Positions 30,310 through 45,602 of a DNA stretch of 64,000 bases are shown piece by piece; within the stretch, counting starts at the first letter, position 1, and every line of letters starts with the position of its first letter. The stretch lies in NCBI RefSeq assembly GCF_009914755.1, contig NC_060928.1; one strand, given 5' to 3'. The notes under the pieces were generated by a model. It was not told the DNA's origin and did not search any database. It worked only from the letters and a program-made list of their open reading frames with translations. The translations under genes were made by a program, and so were the position numbers. Origin of the DNA: the human T2T-CHM13v2.0 reference genome, Homo sapiens.

Positions 30310-33080
30310 ATCTTTCAATCAATAGTTTACTAAATATTTATGGGGTATCTATTCTATGCCAGACACTGTTCCAACCATTGGTGTTACAATGTCAGGCAGG
30401 ATAGATAAGGTCCTTGTCTTGAAAGGCTTTACATTGTAGAGGAGGGGTAGGGACGAGACAAATAATATACCCATAGATAGAGAAACAGGTGAATTTTACC
30501 TGTTATTCTCTGGGGAGGGGTCGTTTGAGCAGAGACTTGAATGAAAAGAAGGGAGTGATGTAAAAATAAAGGCAGAGAACATTCCAAGCAGAAAGAGCAA
30601 AGGACCTGAGATGTGAATAAGTTTGGCGTGTTTTATGGGCCAGAAAGAAAAGGGCGATTATTATTTGAGCAGAGTAAATGATGAGAGAGTGGAGAAAGAT
30701 GAGATTAGATTAGAAAGGTAAATAGGGCCAGACAAAGTGGGTTTGTAGACTATGATAAGGAGGTTTGATTTTGTTCCAGTTGTAGTTTGGGCAGGGAATT
30801 CATGCTTTAGACAGTTTGTTCCCCTTTCCCATCTGCTAGCTGGAGGATGGACTGTGGGGGCAGTAGAAGAAGTTGGAGGCCCTTTAGATACCTGTTGGGG
30901 TAGGCTAAGTGAGAGACTAGTGGCTTGGGCCTGGGTTGTTGGCGTGAGATGGTGAACAATAGATTTGGGAGATATTTGGAGGTAGGGCCAATGGAATTTA
31001 CTAATGGATTTGCATGACGGGATGGAGGAAGGAGAATGATCAAGAATGGCTCCTGCATTTTTGGCCTGAGCAACTGGGTGGATTATAGTGCTGTTGTCTG
31101 AGATGGTGAAGACATGGGATGGGGACATATTTTCGGGGTGGTGGGAATTAATGGTTCTATTTTGGTTATGTTAACTTTTACCAGTTGGGCTTACAAGTGG
31201 AGATGCTGAATAGGTTGGTTCTGTGATGGGAAGGGGTCAGGTTAGGGAGGTAGATTTGATGTATTGGTGGCATATTGAAGTGGATGAGGTCACTTTAAGA
31301 GGTAGTGTAGACAGAGAAAGCAAGCAAGCCAAAGACATAATCTGGGGCATTCCAGATTTTAGATGAGCAGATGAGGGAGATGGAGTACTGGTGATGTAGG
31401 AGGAAAAGCAGGTGTATGTGGTGTCACAGAATGCTAGTTCTAGAGAAGAAAGTGCTTCAAGGAGACAGTGTTTGGCTGTGTCAGATGTTCTTGATAGGTC
31501 AAGTAAGTGAATTGAGCCATATCAGTGTAGGTGTCGCTACATTCGTTTGCCTGAGACAGTCCTATTTTATGCCTGCTAATCTGGTGTCTTCTCTGATTAG
31601 TGTTTACTTTACTCAGAAATGTTCCAGTGTGGATGATGAATTATATGGTCCCACTGGTCATTAGTGACCTTGGGAAAAGCTATTTAGAGGTGATGGTGAG
31701 AATGAAAAGTGGTTTGGAGTGGACTAAGAATAAGTGGACTCAGAGAGTACCGAAAGTTCTTTCAATGCCCTTTGCTGTGAAAGGGGAGAGAATGTGCTGG
31801 CTGAAGGGGATGATGAGTTTAAGGGTGTTTTTGTTTGTTTGTTTTGTTTTGTTTTTTGATGGGTAATATTTTAAAGCATTTTTATGTTAATTAGAATAAC
31901 CTAGTAGAAAAGTGAAAGTTGATGTGATAAAGGGGAGAAAGAAACAAAGGGTATAATTGCAAAAGTGAGAGAGGTTGCCATCTAAAACAAAATGAAGGGG
32001 CTTACCTTAGATGGGAGCAGGAAAACTTCTCTGTTAACCAGACAGAAGGCAGACTGTGTTGTTGTCAGATACAAGTTAGTGGCTTGGATGGTGGAAAGGT
32101 AGGTATTTTATCAGCTTGCATATAATTATAAAGGCTGTGGCAAGTAATCAGCCAAAAGGAAGATGAGGAAGAAGGATGCTGGAGATTTGAACTAAAGATG
32201 ATAAATCATTGTCTTGCAAAGGATGAAGATGAATTTACTAGTGAAGTGTAGTCGAATTGTCAGGCCATATTGAGAGCTCATTTGAGATTTGCAGTCATAA
32301 ATATCAGGTAGAATGGTTGTGTGATTTTCTTCAGCCATGTTATACCACTTATACTTAGTATAGAGATGATGAATGTGTTAGCTATTGCCACAAAAATGCC
32401 ACAGAACAAAGTATGCCAAAGCTCAGTGGCTTAATAAAAAAATCATTTATTCTTATGGATTTGCAGATTGGCTGAGGATCAACTAATCTAGGCTGAGGTT
32501 GGCTGGGTGATTGGCTCTACACCGTGTTTTAAAAATTATTCTGGAATAAGAAAGTCTAGAACAAGACTACATGAGTGGGTAGCTGAGAAAAAGTGGAGGA
32601 GGAAGTGGTAGTTGGAACTCAGGAAACCGAGATGTTCTATTTGGATGTTTATGTCATCAAAAATTGTCAGAAGTTGTGGTGGAGAGAACGGTGATTTAGG
32701 TTTTAAAAAGTTCTCTCTCTCGTGTGTTTGAGTTAGCATGACGACAACACTCTGGGGTGATTGTAGTACCATACTAAATCTTTGATTTAGAACCACCTGT
32801 TCCATCTCAGTATATTAGATGAAGTTGGCCAAGTAAAAAAAGTCATCTGTAAATGAGTAGGAGTGACTGAGGTGTCGTTAGATAGTCCCAATGAGGAAGG
32901 TGAGCAGACATGTGCTTCCAAGGAGCAGGGGTTTTTGAAGAAAGGAGAAAGGAAGTAGCAATGGGGAGCTGCATCTCCAGGCCTTAAAGCAGCATTTTTG
33001 TTTTTCAGGTGTGGGTGGTGATCAACTAGTGGGTCAAGAAATAAACTTAGTAGGTCATTATTAGCATTTAAGAGAAAAAT
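30310..33080 (-). mobile_element. Long fragmented L2 region
   Basis: Purine-rich L2 antisense motifs, e.g. ATCAAGAATGGCTCCTGCATTTTTGGCCTGAGCAACTGGGTGGAT; several interruptions. Confidence 0.65.
32709..32805 (+). repeat. 97-bp dispersed direct repeat, copy 1
   Basis: Shares GGGTGATTGTAGTACCAT(A/G)CTAAATCTTTGATTTAGAA(C/T)CACCTGTTCCAT and upstream sequence with 35277-35373. Confidence 0.9.
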
Positions 33081-34245
33081 TAGAGCCAAGAGTAGGAAAT
33101 GCTATTCAAGCTTAAAGTCTATTTCAGAAGAAAATAGCAGATCCTAGCAAGTCTGCATGTTTTGTGAAACTTTGAGTTCTAGGTTGTGAGGTAAAAAGTC
33201 TTACTATGTAGTGTGGTCAAAAGAATTGGAAAATTCAGCTATAAGTTACTTGGAGTGTGAGAGAGAAAAGTTTCATGAATAGTAGAGATGTGACTGAATA
33301 TATGTTATTGATTATGCATAAATACAGTGATTTTTATGTTATTTGTGTATATATTTTATTTTTCTAAACTGTATTCTTTAGCATGCATTTCTAGCATGGA
33401 AATACCCAACAGATGACTAATAGATGTTGACTGCTTAGATGTCAGGAAGACATAGGTACTCAGTGGTAATCCAGAAAGTATACTTTGTTTTCTATGCTGG
33501 CTTATGGTGCAATTCCTGGAACAGGGCACAGAGATTCAGATGGACCTGCTTGAGATGGTGAGCAATGAAGGTGATGTCACAGTAGGGGTTAGACATCGCT
33601 TGCCCAATCTATTTCTTGGCTTTGCAGGTCTAGAAACTATTTTGTTAGCTCTTTCAGAGTTGATCAGACTTTTGGGAAATAGCTCAGAGTAGCCAAAATC
33701 AGAAAACTAATACATGAACCAAAATGATCTTAAACTAATTTTCAGCGGGTAACAGGTGTTTCTAGGGACTGTGTTTACATTATCCGGTGTGCATCATTCT
33801 CAGGATCTAGATACCTAAGTGATAGAATTAGTAATCAGAGCTTCATTGGGTGAGCACAAGGAAAGGGAATTTACTTCAAAGGGATAATGGAAAGTCTTAC
33901 CAAACTGGCATCCCACTGCAAAGTATACCTTTCTAGTGATTTGAGTATTGATTACATACTGTGAAACCCAATGTCTCCTTACCTTTCATGGTACTGGGAA
34001 AACTCTGACAAATAATTGCTCTTTGGATAACCCATTTCTGAATTTTTTTGTAATCTGGTAGTTGTCTTTTTCTATCCCCAAGCACTTGAGGATGTGCCAA
34101 ACTCCACCAGACACAGTGATTCATTGACACAGAGATTCTCAACTAGAGGGCAGGGTGCCCTGGTATTTTTAATTCTTATTTATCTCCTTGTGGAGATTTA
34201 ATAATGTGGACCATTTTAAACCTCATGTTAAAAATAGTTTCTTCT

Positions 34246-34546
34246 GGCTGGGTACGGTGGCTCACGCCTGTAATCCCAGCACTTTGTTTGGGAGGCTGAG
34301 GCAGGTGGATCATGAGGTCAGGAGATAGAGACCATCCTGGCTAACACAGTGAAACCCCGTCTCCACTAAAAATACAAAAAATTAGCTGGGCGTGGTGGCG
34401 GGTGCCTGTGGTCCCAGCTACTAGGGAGGCTGAGGCAGGAGAATGGCGTGAACCCAGGAGGCGGAGCTTGCAGTAAGCCGAGATCACCCCACTGCACTCC
34501 AGCCTGGGCAACAGAGTGAGACTCCATCTCAAAAAAAAAAAAAAAA
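34246..34546 (+). mobile_element. AluY
   Basis: AluY diagnostics; A tail; degenerate TSD AAAATAGT...TTCT. Confidence 0.92.
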
Positions 34547-35276
34547 TAGTCTGTTCTGACAGAGACTATCACTATATATTTGATTATGTTTTGAGCTTTG
34601 TTACAGTCATATTCCAGATCTGCTCCTCCAACACTGCCCTCCACCCATTTTGAGTGGATGACCATGCTTCATTCATAGCCACACATCTAGAAGTTGCCAA
34701 GTAGCAAGGTGTTCTGTAGAAAGCTCATCTTCAAGGTGAACAGAAACATCTACTGAGCAGTTTTTTAAAATGTTGTTAATAATTCCTCAAGGTAAAATCA
34801 TTTGAATTACACGTATAATGCTGCATATTTACATTAATGTGGAACAACTCAGAAATAATAAGGAGCCCTTACGTTGGCTTTCTGCTAGTAAACTTCATGG
34901 CCCAGTGGACTTTGGCTAATTATAGTATTAAAATTCAGAGCTCAAATCTTGAATTTATTACTGACTTCAAGAAGAGCCTTGAGTAAGATATTAACCTTTC
35001 CGTTTCTCAGCTATTAAATGAGGCCAACAGTGCTTTGCCACTGCATTGAAATGGTGTAAAAATATAACAGTTAAAGCTTGCAAAAATATCTAAATGCTCT
35101 ATAAATGTTGAGCAGAAATAAGAGATGGGCAGGAATAAAAAGACTTAAGACCAAGAAAAAGAATAACTCATTAAAATTATTTGGGATCACTGGGTAGAAA
35201 ATAGCTCATATGACTTTTCCTTCCCTCTTTATATTCTGAATCAGGTCATATAAAAAATGTCCCTAATTTGCTATAG

Positions 35277-35373
35277 AGTTCTCTCCCTCTTGTGCATTTG
35301 AGTTGGCATGGAGACCACACTTGGGTGATTGTAGTACCATGCTAAATCTTTGATTTAGAATCACCTGTTCCAT
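35277..35373 (+). repeat. 97-bp dispersed direct repeat, copy 2
   Basis: Matches 32709-32805. Confidence 0.9.
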
Positions 35374-36671
35374 TGGTTTGACATGTAGTGATTAGAGCAA
35401 AAGTTATGTATCTCCCAGCAGTGTCTATGGAAGGCTTATTGCTTTTCCATTTCTGTTTTCTTTCTCTCATGGGATAGAAGTCCTTTGTGAGTAAAAGGGT
35501 TTGGCAGATGATGTGCTTGGAAAACACAGGTTAAAACTTAAAAAAAAAATTACATAAATTCCTGAATCAAACCTTCAGGATTAGTGGTTGTTTATGATAT
35601 AACCATGGGTACTTATATCATTGTAATGAATTTATCTGACATTCTAGCACCCAGAAATCAGTTACCTTGATATTTTATCACTTTACCTGGTTAGTACTAA
35701 TTTATTATTATCCAGAGGCATAAAAATTTAAATTATTTACCATTTGAGTTTTGATGTTAATTGTATTTTATTATATTTTAAGTCTGAATTTGGTAATCCT
35801 CATAGTTTTAATCAAAATATTAGACCAACTAGAACATCCAGTCTCCATTCTAGTTAAATTATTTTTATTCAATATAAGAATATAGAATTAAAAAAGTCTT
35901 ATTTAAAATTTAATATGGAATGGCCATTGAGGTCAGCTAGTTTGAGAAAACCTAGAAACCTTAGTATAAGAGCGTCTTATAAAACTAGGTGGATACGACA
36001 CCCAAAGTGGTTTTTAAAAAATTTATTGTTCGGAGCAAGGCTAGGTACTCTAGAAGCATTAGTAATTGAGTTACTTGTGGCTTTGTATTATTAAAATATA
36101 TGGTCCTTGAAGATGTCTCCACGGCTGAATCATTTTGAGATTCACGTTTTAAGTAGTTTCATGTGGTACATAAAAGGCATTTATCTTGATGAACAAAAAA
36201 ATGACTCCATCCTGTTTATGATTTAGCATCTTATAACAGCGTCTTTGTAATTTGAACTCGAACAAGACAAATAAAAACAAATCAAAGTCCTTATTAGAAA
36301 TATATCCAGTTCAAAGTGGATTTTTTTTTCTTGTTTGTGATGTTGTTTAGGTATGGAGCCTGTGTGTGGGATAGCACATTTGTATCAGGCTAGTTGCCAG
36401 TGTTCAGGGTACGCCTCTCCAATCCAGTCCAGGTGGTCACAGTCTAGAGTTGTTAAATTATATGTGGTTCTGGCATGTTTGGTTTGACACCAGCCAAAGG
36501 TTTTATAAACCCTAGCATTATTGACATATAGTCTTAAAAATATTATTACCTCTTGGACCTTAATGTCTTAATCTCATTGTTAGGTTAGTAAAATTAATGT
36601 GCTTCTGATAATCTGGTTTAAGTGTATTATGCCTTTTCTTGGGCTATATAATTTATGAAAACTTTATTTCT

Positions 36672-36743
36672 AGCTTTGTACAGTGGCAGTATCATAGCCA
36701 ATGAGGTTTATCTGAGGCATGATTATTGCTAATTGAAAACTTT
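36672..36743 (+). pseudogene. U4 snRNA retropseudogene, 3'-truncated (about nt 1-72), tailless
   Basis: AGCTTTGTACAGTGGCAGTATCATAGCCAATGAGGTTTATCTGAGGCATGATTATTGCTAATTGAAAACTTT matches the U4 5' region with CpG-type transitions; 16-bp direct repeat TGAAAACTTTATTTCT at 36656-36671 and 36734-36749; no Sm site. Confidence 0.93.
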
Positions 36744-36982
36744 ATTTCTTGCGAAAATAGAATATAGCTATATCACTGACATGGATGCACAAGCTACTGT
36801 TTTAGAATAAGTTTATCAATGCTAGTGTAGCAATTTGGTCACGTAAATGCATTTTTGCGGGGTTGCCTCTTATTTTGGATTCTATCAGGTAGGATTATTA
36901 TTTTCTATTTGAAAATTTATTTCATGGCTTATAAAGGCTGTCCGTTGACCTCTGGTTAATCTATTAGTATGGATTTAAAGTA

Positions 36983-37623
<641 letters not shown>

Positions 37624-40600
37624 TACTTGATTGTTTTTCCCCTAGTGGGATATAATTTACATACCATAGATCTTAACTGTACAGTTTGCTAAGTTATAAC
37701 AAATGTACACATCTATTAATCCACACCCAAATCAAGGTATTGAGCATTTATAACCTCAGGTCTCTTCCCAATAAATCTCCCACTCCCTTTCCAGGCAACC
37801 ATTGATGTGATTTCTATTATAATAGGTTAGTTTTCCCTGTTCTTGAACTTCATATAAATAGAATCTTACAGAATGTATTTTTTTTAAGGCTGACTTCCTC
37901 CTCATAACATATTTGCGAGAGTCATCTATGCTGTTGTGTATTTCAGTAGTCGTCCCTGTTTATTGATGAGTATTGCATTGTAAGGGTTTATTACAGTTTA
38001 GCATGTTAATGGATATGTGTCTCCTCTGACTAGAGATGGGATGGGATCCACATCCAGTGCTGCCAGCTGTAGGAGTGAAGGATGCAAGGGCAGGAGCCAA
38101 GCTGTCATTAAAAAAACCAGTAGAACACTTTGTTTACTCTGTCCACTACGTGTTAAAAATACTTGATGTGGAAGTGTTCAGTAGTTCGTTCTGTTTGTGT
38201 CAACATTGTTTTATTTTTTAAGTTTCCTGAGATCAGAGGAGCTTGTTGTCCATTAAGTTGTTCTAATATGATGATAGGTTAAAGCTGTGTGCCAAGTCCA
38301 TTTAATTTTATAATAGGATTGTTTGTTATAGCAAATACTTTAGAAATGTTAGTTATTTTTAAAGCCATTATTAGTCTTTATTATTACTGATTATAACATT
38401 TCATCATGTGGATTTATCATATTTTACTTAATTGTTGCCATATTGTTAGATCTTTAGTTGGTTCTGGTTTTTTTTCTACTAAGTAATGCTAAAGTAAAAG
38501 TCATTTATGTATCTTATTCCATTTTTTGGACTTTTTTCTCAAGGTAGATTTTCAGAAACATAATTTTAGGGTCAAATGTTTTAAACGTTTATATTTTTTG
38601 GTATCTATTGATCAATGTTCCTTATTTGTTTTCTAAGGGAGTTGATTAGTTTACAGTGACAGCAAAAATATGCTAAGGGCCAAGGCTTACTGTACTTTAG
38701 TTTGAATATATATTGTCTGGAAACATTTTGTTGTTTGAATTGGGAGGTGCTAGAAAGAAAAGTAAAAACATTTTGTATTATACTTATAAAATGCACTCTC
38801 ATGGTTCTATATTTGATAACTAATGAAGCATCAAATACATTTCTCATTTTTGTATGCTATGTTTCTTTTTTTGCAAATTTTCCCTGATTACATCTTTTAT
38901 GTTGAGAATATTTGATCAAAAAAGGAAGCTACCTATATTGTGAATGATCTGGGATAAAACATCATCTTATGCGGGAGAGACTAAATCTTGTTGTTCAATT
39001 CTCATGAGGTAGAATGTTCAATCCAAGAAAAAAAGCCCTGAGTCAGAGCTGATGTGCTACATGGTCATTGCCATGCATTGTGTTAAATCGTTGACTGACA
39101 TTTAATTTTTCAATAACCTGAAAGGTAGGTGGTGTCTTCATTATCCATTTGACCCACTCTCAAATAAGTCGGACTTTTAAGAGAAACCTTGGGTTAAAAG
39201 TAGTAGAAGTAGCAACTGGAAAAAGGATAGTGTAGGAGAGATGGCTTTCAGTCTGCCTGAGGCTGCTTTGCCCCCAAATTTCTTCTCTCCATACTACCTT
39301 TGCTTTTCTACTTCATTAATTATAACATTGGAAATGCCACCAATTGCAGTTGTATTCTGCTTAAGAGTCAACCTCTCTTAAAATGTTAAAAACCCCTAGA
39401 AGGGGATTTATTCTGGAAGATCTTGTGTTATTAGCTATTAATATGACCTAATCAGACAGTTTTTTTTTTGTGGTGGGGGGAGGTTGTTGTTTTTGTTTTT
39501 TTAAACTCTGTGGGACATACCTATTCCTAGGGGTGGAGTGTTGGGAGGAGGCAGGCGAGGTTGCATGTGGGTTACAGGAAAGAAGGTGGAAGAAAGTTTC
39601 CTTCCTCTTTCTGGGATGTAGGGGGCTGGCCCGGTGCAGAGTTTTGACATAGGAAATGCTTGTCCTTGGCATCCTGCCATCTCCTTATTCATACTTCTAC
39701 ATCTCAAAACCCTACTCCTTGACCGCAAAACCCAGCCCTCTGCTATGTGCATCCAACCATGACTCTCCACCCAGATCTGCCTTTCTTGTCACTAAGCGTT
39801 TCATCTTCTAAACACATCACCCTTGCCTGCCTTCTCCCCACACTCCTCCCCAAGCTCCACCTTGCAGGATAGCTATGGCTAGCCGAGTCAAAAACAACAG
39901 CAACAACAAAAGCTGTCTTTTCATGCTTGCATGTTTTCTTAGATATTTAGAAGTTATATATATATGGAGCAATCGGACCCTTTGGTAGTCTCTTCCTAAT
40001 AAACAAACTGCTAATGGCTCAGGATTTAAAAGACATACTACATAAATTATTTCCCCCTATGGAATAAATGCCCAAGCTGAAAATAAACTATAGATCCTAA
40101 TAGCCAAGCAGAAGGAGTATACTTGTCTAAGCAAAACATCTTCTATGTAATTTGGCTTGTCAAACAATGTGAAGTAGGATGAAAGCATCTTACTTTAAAA
40201 TATGCAGCTGATGTGAGAGTGTCACACAGATGTTAATTGTTTGGCTTGGGTGTCTTCCATTTCTCATGCTCTACAGTGTCTTCACTGATCAGTGGTGGCT
40301 TCTCCCCTCCATTTCTTTGTTCATTGCAGAAAGCATCTCCAAAGTAAAAAATGTGCAGCCTTTTATTTGTCTCCATTGGTTGGAAATCAACATATACAAA
40401 TAAAAAAGCTTTTTTTTTTCCCTGTTTTTCAAAATGACAACATTTTAAGTTAGATTTATTTAATCAGGGGCTATGTCCTTCTACTTCATGTTTCTCCAAA
40501 CACTTAAAACTGTTGCTGTTCACCGAACAGGAAGAGTAACGTGTAGAGCCTGGTTACTGTTCTACAAAACACTGGCTTGATGATCAAAGGCCTTTCAGAC

Positions 40601-41224
40601 TCCAAAGGCCTTTCAACACGCCAAAGTGAGGCAATCTCTAGTGAGTGGTGGGTAATATTTCCCAGAGAAGCCACAGTCCATATATAGCTCCCCTTAACCC
40701 TTGTTATATTTGTTAGCATTGTAGAGATCCAGAAAGACATTCCTTTACTTGCTCCCTGACTTTCTTTTAAATAATATTTGACCATTTAAATGGTACATAG
40801 AAAATGCACCACTTAACAAATACATAAAATTTAACAAATATGTAAAAATAAATAGGAAATGTTCATATCACACCTAACCAGAGATAAAACGTATTAACAA
40901 TTGTGGTATAGCCCTCTAATACTGTCTGTTGTTATGCACACATGTGTTTACCCAAAAAAGGGGTCATACTGTAGATTCTTTTAGAAACTAGCTTTTTATA
41001 CTAAATGTATTAGAAACATTTTTCCAAGTCATTAAATATTTGTCTACTAGATCTCTTTTAAGAGCTGCAAAATATTCAATTTCATTGATATTATAGAATT
41101 GACTTCATTTTTCTCTTGTTATTGGACATTTAAGTTCTTCTCAATTTTTTATAATTTAAACAACACTATAATTAATAGTTCTATAGCTAAGTATATTCAC
41201 ATTCACAGTTTGTTCCATTGTGTA

Positions 41225-41735
41225 ATATAACAGCTTGGGGTCCTTCTGCAAGCAAGGCTTACATGCAGTTCATTTATTTGGGAAGTGATCCCAAGGAGCC
41301 ACAGTGAGTGAATGGAGGACTTGAGCTGGAAAGGAGGGAAAACCGGTTCATAGGTGCAGTACAGATCTGGCCATAGCTACATGTGACAGGACCTTTGAAA
41401 GCCTTATAACATATGTCTCAGAACTGTCTTCTAGGAGAATACCAGGGGGAAGTATTTCTCTTCCTTTGATCCGTTCTCCACTAGTCAAGGGTGGTCCCAC
41501 AGCATTATTTCCCACATGCTTCCAGACTATGTGGGTATGAGCCCAGTGCATCACTGAAGGCCTAGGATAGGAAGCCAGAGAGAGGTATGGCCGGGGGCTG
41601 GGGTGAGGCCCTGTTACGATACATCTTCAGAAAGGTGGTCAAAGCCTGCTTGGGCCTGGTTGCCGCAGTGGTGGGTTGGGCAAGAAGTAAGGCTGAGAGG
41701 ATTTGTAGTAGGATACAAGAAGTGTCTGGTACATA
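41225..41735. mobile_element. Old ERVL/MaLR-class LTR; family uncertain
   Basis: TTTATTTGGGAAGTGATCCCAAGGAGCCAC motif typical of old LTRs read antisense. Confidence 0.45.
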
Positions 41736-43015
41736 TACATTCCTAGAAACAGAGTTTGTAATTTTGTCTCAAAGGACATGCACAATTGTATCTCAAAATA
41801 GAAATACACATGGGAGTCATAAAATTATGTTCAGGTTGATTCATTTATGAGGTACACATTCTGAGACCTGAGGATGTGGCAGGGGGTAACAGACGTGATC
41901 CTACTGCCACAGAGCTTACATTCCTTTGCAGGAAGACAGTAAACATGGGAACAAATACATAACATCAGTGCTGACAGCAGTAGGTGCTGTGAAGCAAATG
42001 AAATGAAGCAGTGCTGTTAGTAGTGACTTGAAAGGGACTGAGCCCATGGTGAGAACACCAGGGTTCTCATGATTTTAGATGGCACACAGATAAACTGAGA
42101 GTGAAGAGACTCAGGGTTGGGTTGATGGAATAGAACTAAAGGAGAAGGATGTAGGAAGGAGGGGCGAGGGCCTCTTTACATTCACTGTCCGCTTTGCATT
42201 TTTCCTAGAGGCAGATGTACCCAAGAGAGATATTTTGGCTTTTGGAGTGTGGCCTTCCCTCAGTGTATATACTATATGGAATTTAATCACTCTTAGATTC
42301 TTAGAAAATATTATTAACATTCAAAATATATATCAAATTATAATTGCTCCATCTTTGATGTTTTGGAATATACTTCAGGATCATAGAGTGCCTTGGGGTT
42401 ATTTTTAATCAATCTCAGTGTTAACACTAGTGCAACTCTGCACTAGATGGAAATTTCCATTAGATGGTGGCTGGGGGTTTATTTTATCAATGTAATTCTA
42501 CTTCATATGAGAAGCAGCACTGTTCAACTGCTCCTTTGCTTTAGAGAGCTCAGAAAATAAGTTTCAAAGACATAAATTTATTCATTGGACCTTTTAGTTA
42601 CAATGCCCAAGATATTTTTGTGACCTAAATAGCAAATTAAGAAATCACCTCTTTACATTGCTAGGTGTTTCTCACATTTGTTACCGATAGTACAATTTAT
42701 CCACTTCAGTAGAAAGTAAGCCATGGGATTATGATAGCTCCAGATTAAAGCACATTCTTCTTTTTCAGTGATATGTAAAACCACAGGATCAGAATTATAT
42801 TAGATATTGAAATATTAGAATATTAAATCTGATCTCCTAAATCAGGGTTTTCCACATTCTGATCACTTGTAATCATTTGTGGGCCAGCTTCAGGATTTTG
42901 CTATATTCTACAAGTGCTGATGCTATTAAATTTTTAATGTTTTTCTCTACAGTGAGTCAATTTTTGCTTAAATAAGTTTACTTGGGAAGGAATGTTTATA
43001 TTATTGTATTATTGA

Positions 43016-43460
<445 letters not shown>

Positions 43461-45281
43461 TAGCAGGCTTGGCCTGTCCCATACCAGGTGTGTGACCTTT
43501 AGCAAATTATCCAGCTTCTCCTACCCTCTGTATTCGCTTGTGTATGATGGAGATAATGAGATATTATTGTCTGGCAAGTGCTTAGCACAGTGCCTGATGT
43601 AGCAATTACTCAGTAAATGGAAGTAACTGCAATAATGCATTGTTGAAGTGGTTGTTGTCTTTATTATTCTTCATGAAAAGGACCGTGTTGGAGATTTAGA
43701 AATTATACAAATACTTCCATTCTGCACCTAAATTTGGGGTTGAAGGTATTAGAACAGTAGACCAAAGAGTTGACCAATTTGATTATATCCCTAGCTTTCC
43801 ATGACTCGCTGTATGATTTGGTCAAGCTGTTTAACCCCTCGAGGGTGTGGTTTCTTCATCACACAAATTAGAAGGTTTGATTTGATTTGATCTCAAGACA
43901 TTCAACTTGCAGGGTGACAGCTGTTTGAGTGGTTTTGATCATGGGATGTGGTTCATCTGAAGTCAGAGCATTTTAAATTTTGTTTTAAGTGGCTGTTTGA
44001 CACACAAAATAAGCTAGGAGTTGATGTGGCCCCAGCTGTTTTCCTGTTTTCATTATGAGTGACTGATGGTCACCAGGCGTCATGTTAGCAAGCTGGGTCA
44101 ATTAGTAATTGCTTTTGAAGCTGTATATAATTAATTACATAATTATGAGCTATTGAAGTTTAGTTCTAGTAAAACTACATCATAAAACCAAGGCAATTTC
44201 AAAAGATTTACTGACAAAAGAAAAATATGAACAAACTTTTTGTACATTTGACTTACGTTTATTTTATGTTTAGTATATATTTGTCAAGCATGTAACCACT
44301 TTTCACTGTCATCAATAAAAATTATATGTGAATATAATGTAGCCACATGGACCACTGTTGAAATAACTTTTATATTTCTACCTAGATGACTTGTTATGCC
44401 CCTTCCAGATAGGAGAATCTACAATTTTATGAATTTCGGTCTCCTAATACGGTAGATCTGAACTTGGTAATGATTAAGTTGAAATCAATAAAGCAAAATG
44501 AAATTTAAAAAGCCTGCTACACACACATATGTGTGTGTGGGGGGGTGGTGGCGGTGTATATGTTAGCATAATATACCAATGACTAATTTTTTTTTCACTC
44601 AGGAATATATTTTAGAAATTATCTCATTTATTAGTTTCCTCTTTCGTTTGAATGACTGCAATTGAATGGATGATTCCAATTATTTGATCAGTCTCCTTAT
44701 GATGGACATTAAAGGCTTTTTTCTAATTGCTATTAGCCACAATAATGCTGTAATAAATATCTTGTGCATGTGAGATTTTGTGCATGTGTTAGCATATCTA
44801 TAGGTTAAATTGCTGGGTCAGAGGACATGTGCATTTGTAATTATGAATTTGAAATAAACAAATTGTTCTTCATGGAGGTTGGACCAATATGTGCTCCCAC
44901 CACCAATGTGTAAGTGAGCCTGTTTTCCACCCAACCACTTTTTCCTCATCGTTCTGTGTGACCAAACAATTCAAGTATTATACTGTTTTCTCTAGGAAAA
45001 TGCTAGTTAGAGGGGTGATCATACTATTTGTGCAGATTTCACAGAGATTGAATTTTACACTGAAGACCACTTTCTAAACTATATGTAGAAATTTAATTTG
45101 CTGAATTAAATGGCTGTACTGTTAAGCATCTTGGAACGCACTTTATGTTGCTTCAGAGCGCAATTACACTGGCATGGAAAAACCTGCAATTTGAAAATTA
45201 TCAACAAATTAAAGCCTTCTGTGGATATTCATTCTCATAATAAAACCTACTATACATAACATACAAAAAGTTTGGCTATAA

Positions 45282-45602
<321 letters not shown>

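Noticed and set aside
30661-31128. 155-aa minus-strand ORF
   Set aside because: Ser/Pro-rich reading of degenerate L2 sequence.
35277-35390. Copy 2 of the 97-bp repeat as an H/ACA snoRNA or pre-miRNA
   Set aside because: An ACA follows it, but I see no convincing H box or two-hairpin architecture, the stem is short, and I recognise no family.
44519-44538. Perfect 20-bp palindrome ACACACACATATGTGTGTGT
   Set aside because: Low-complexity (CA)/(TG) junction, common in primate DNA.
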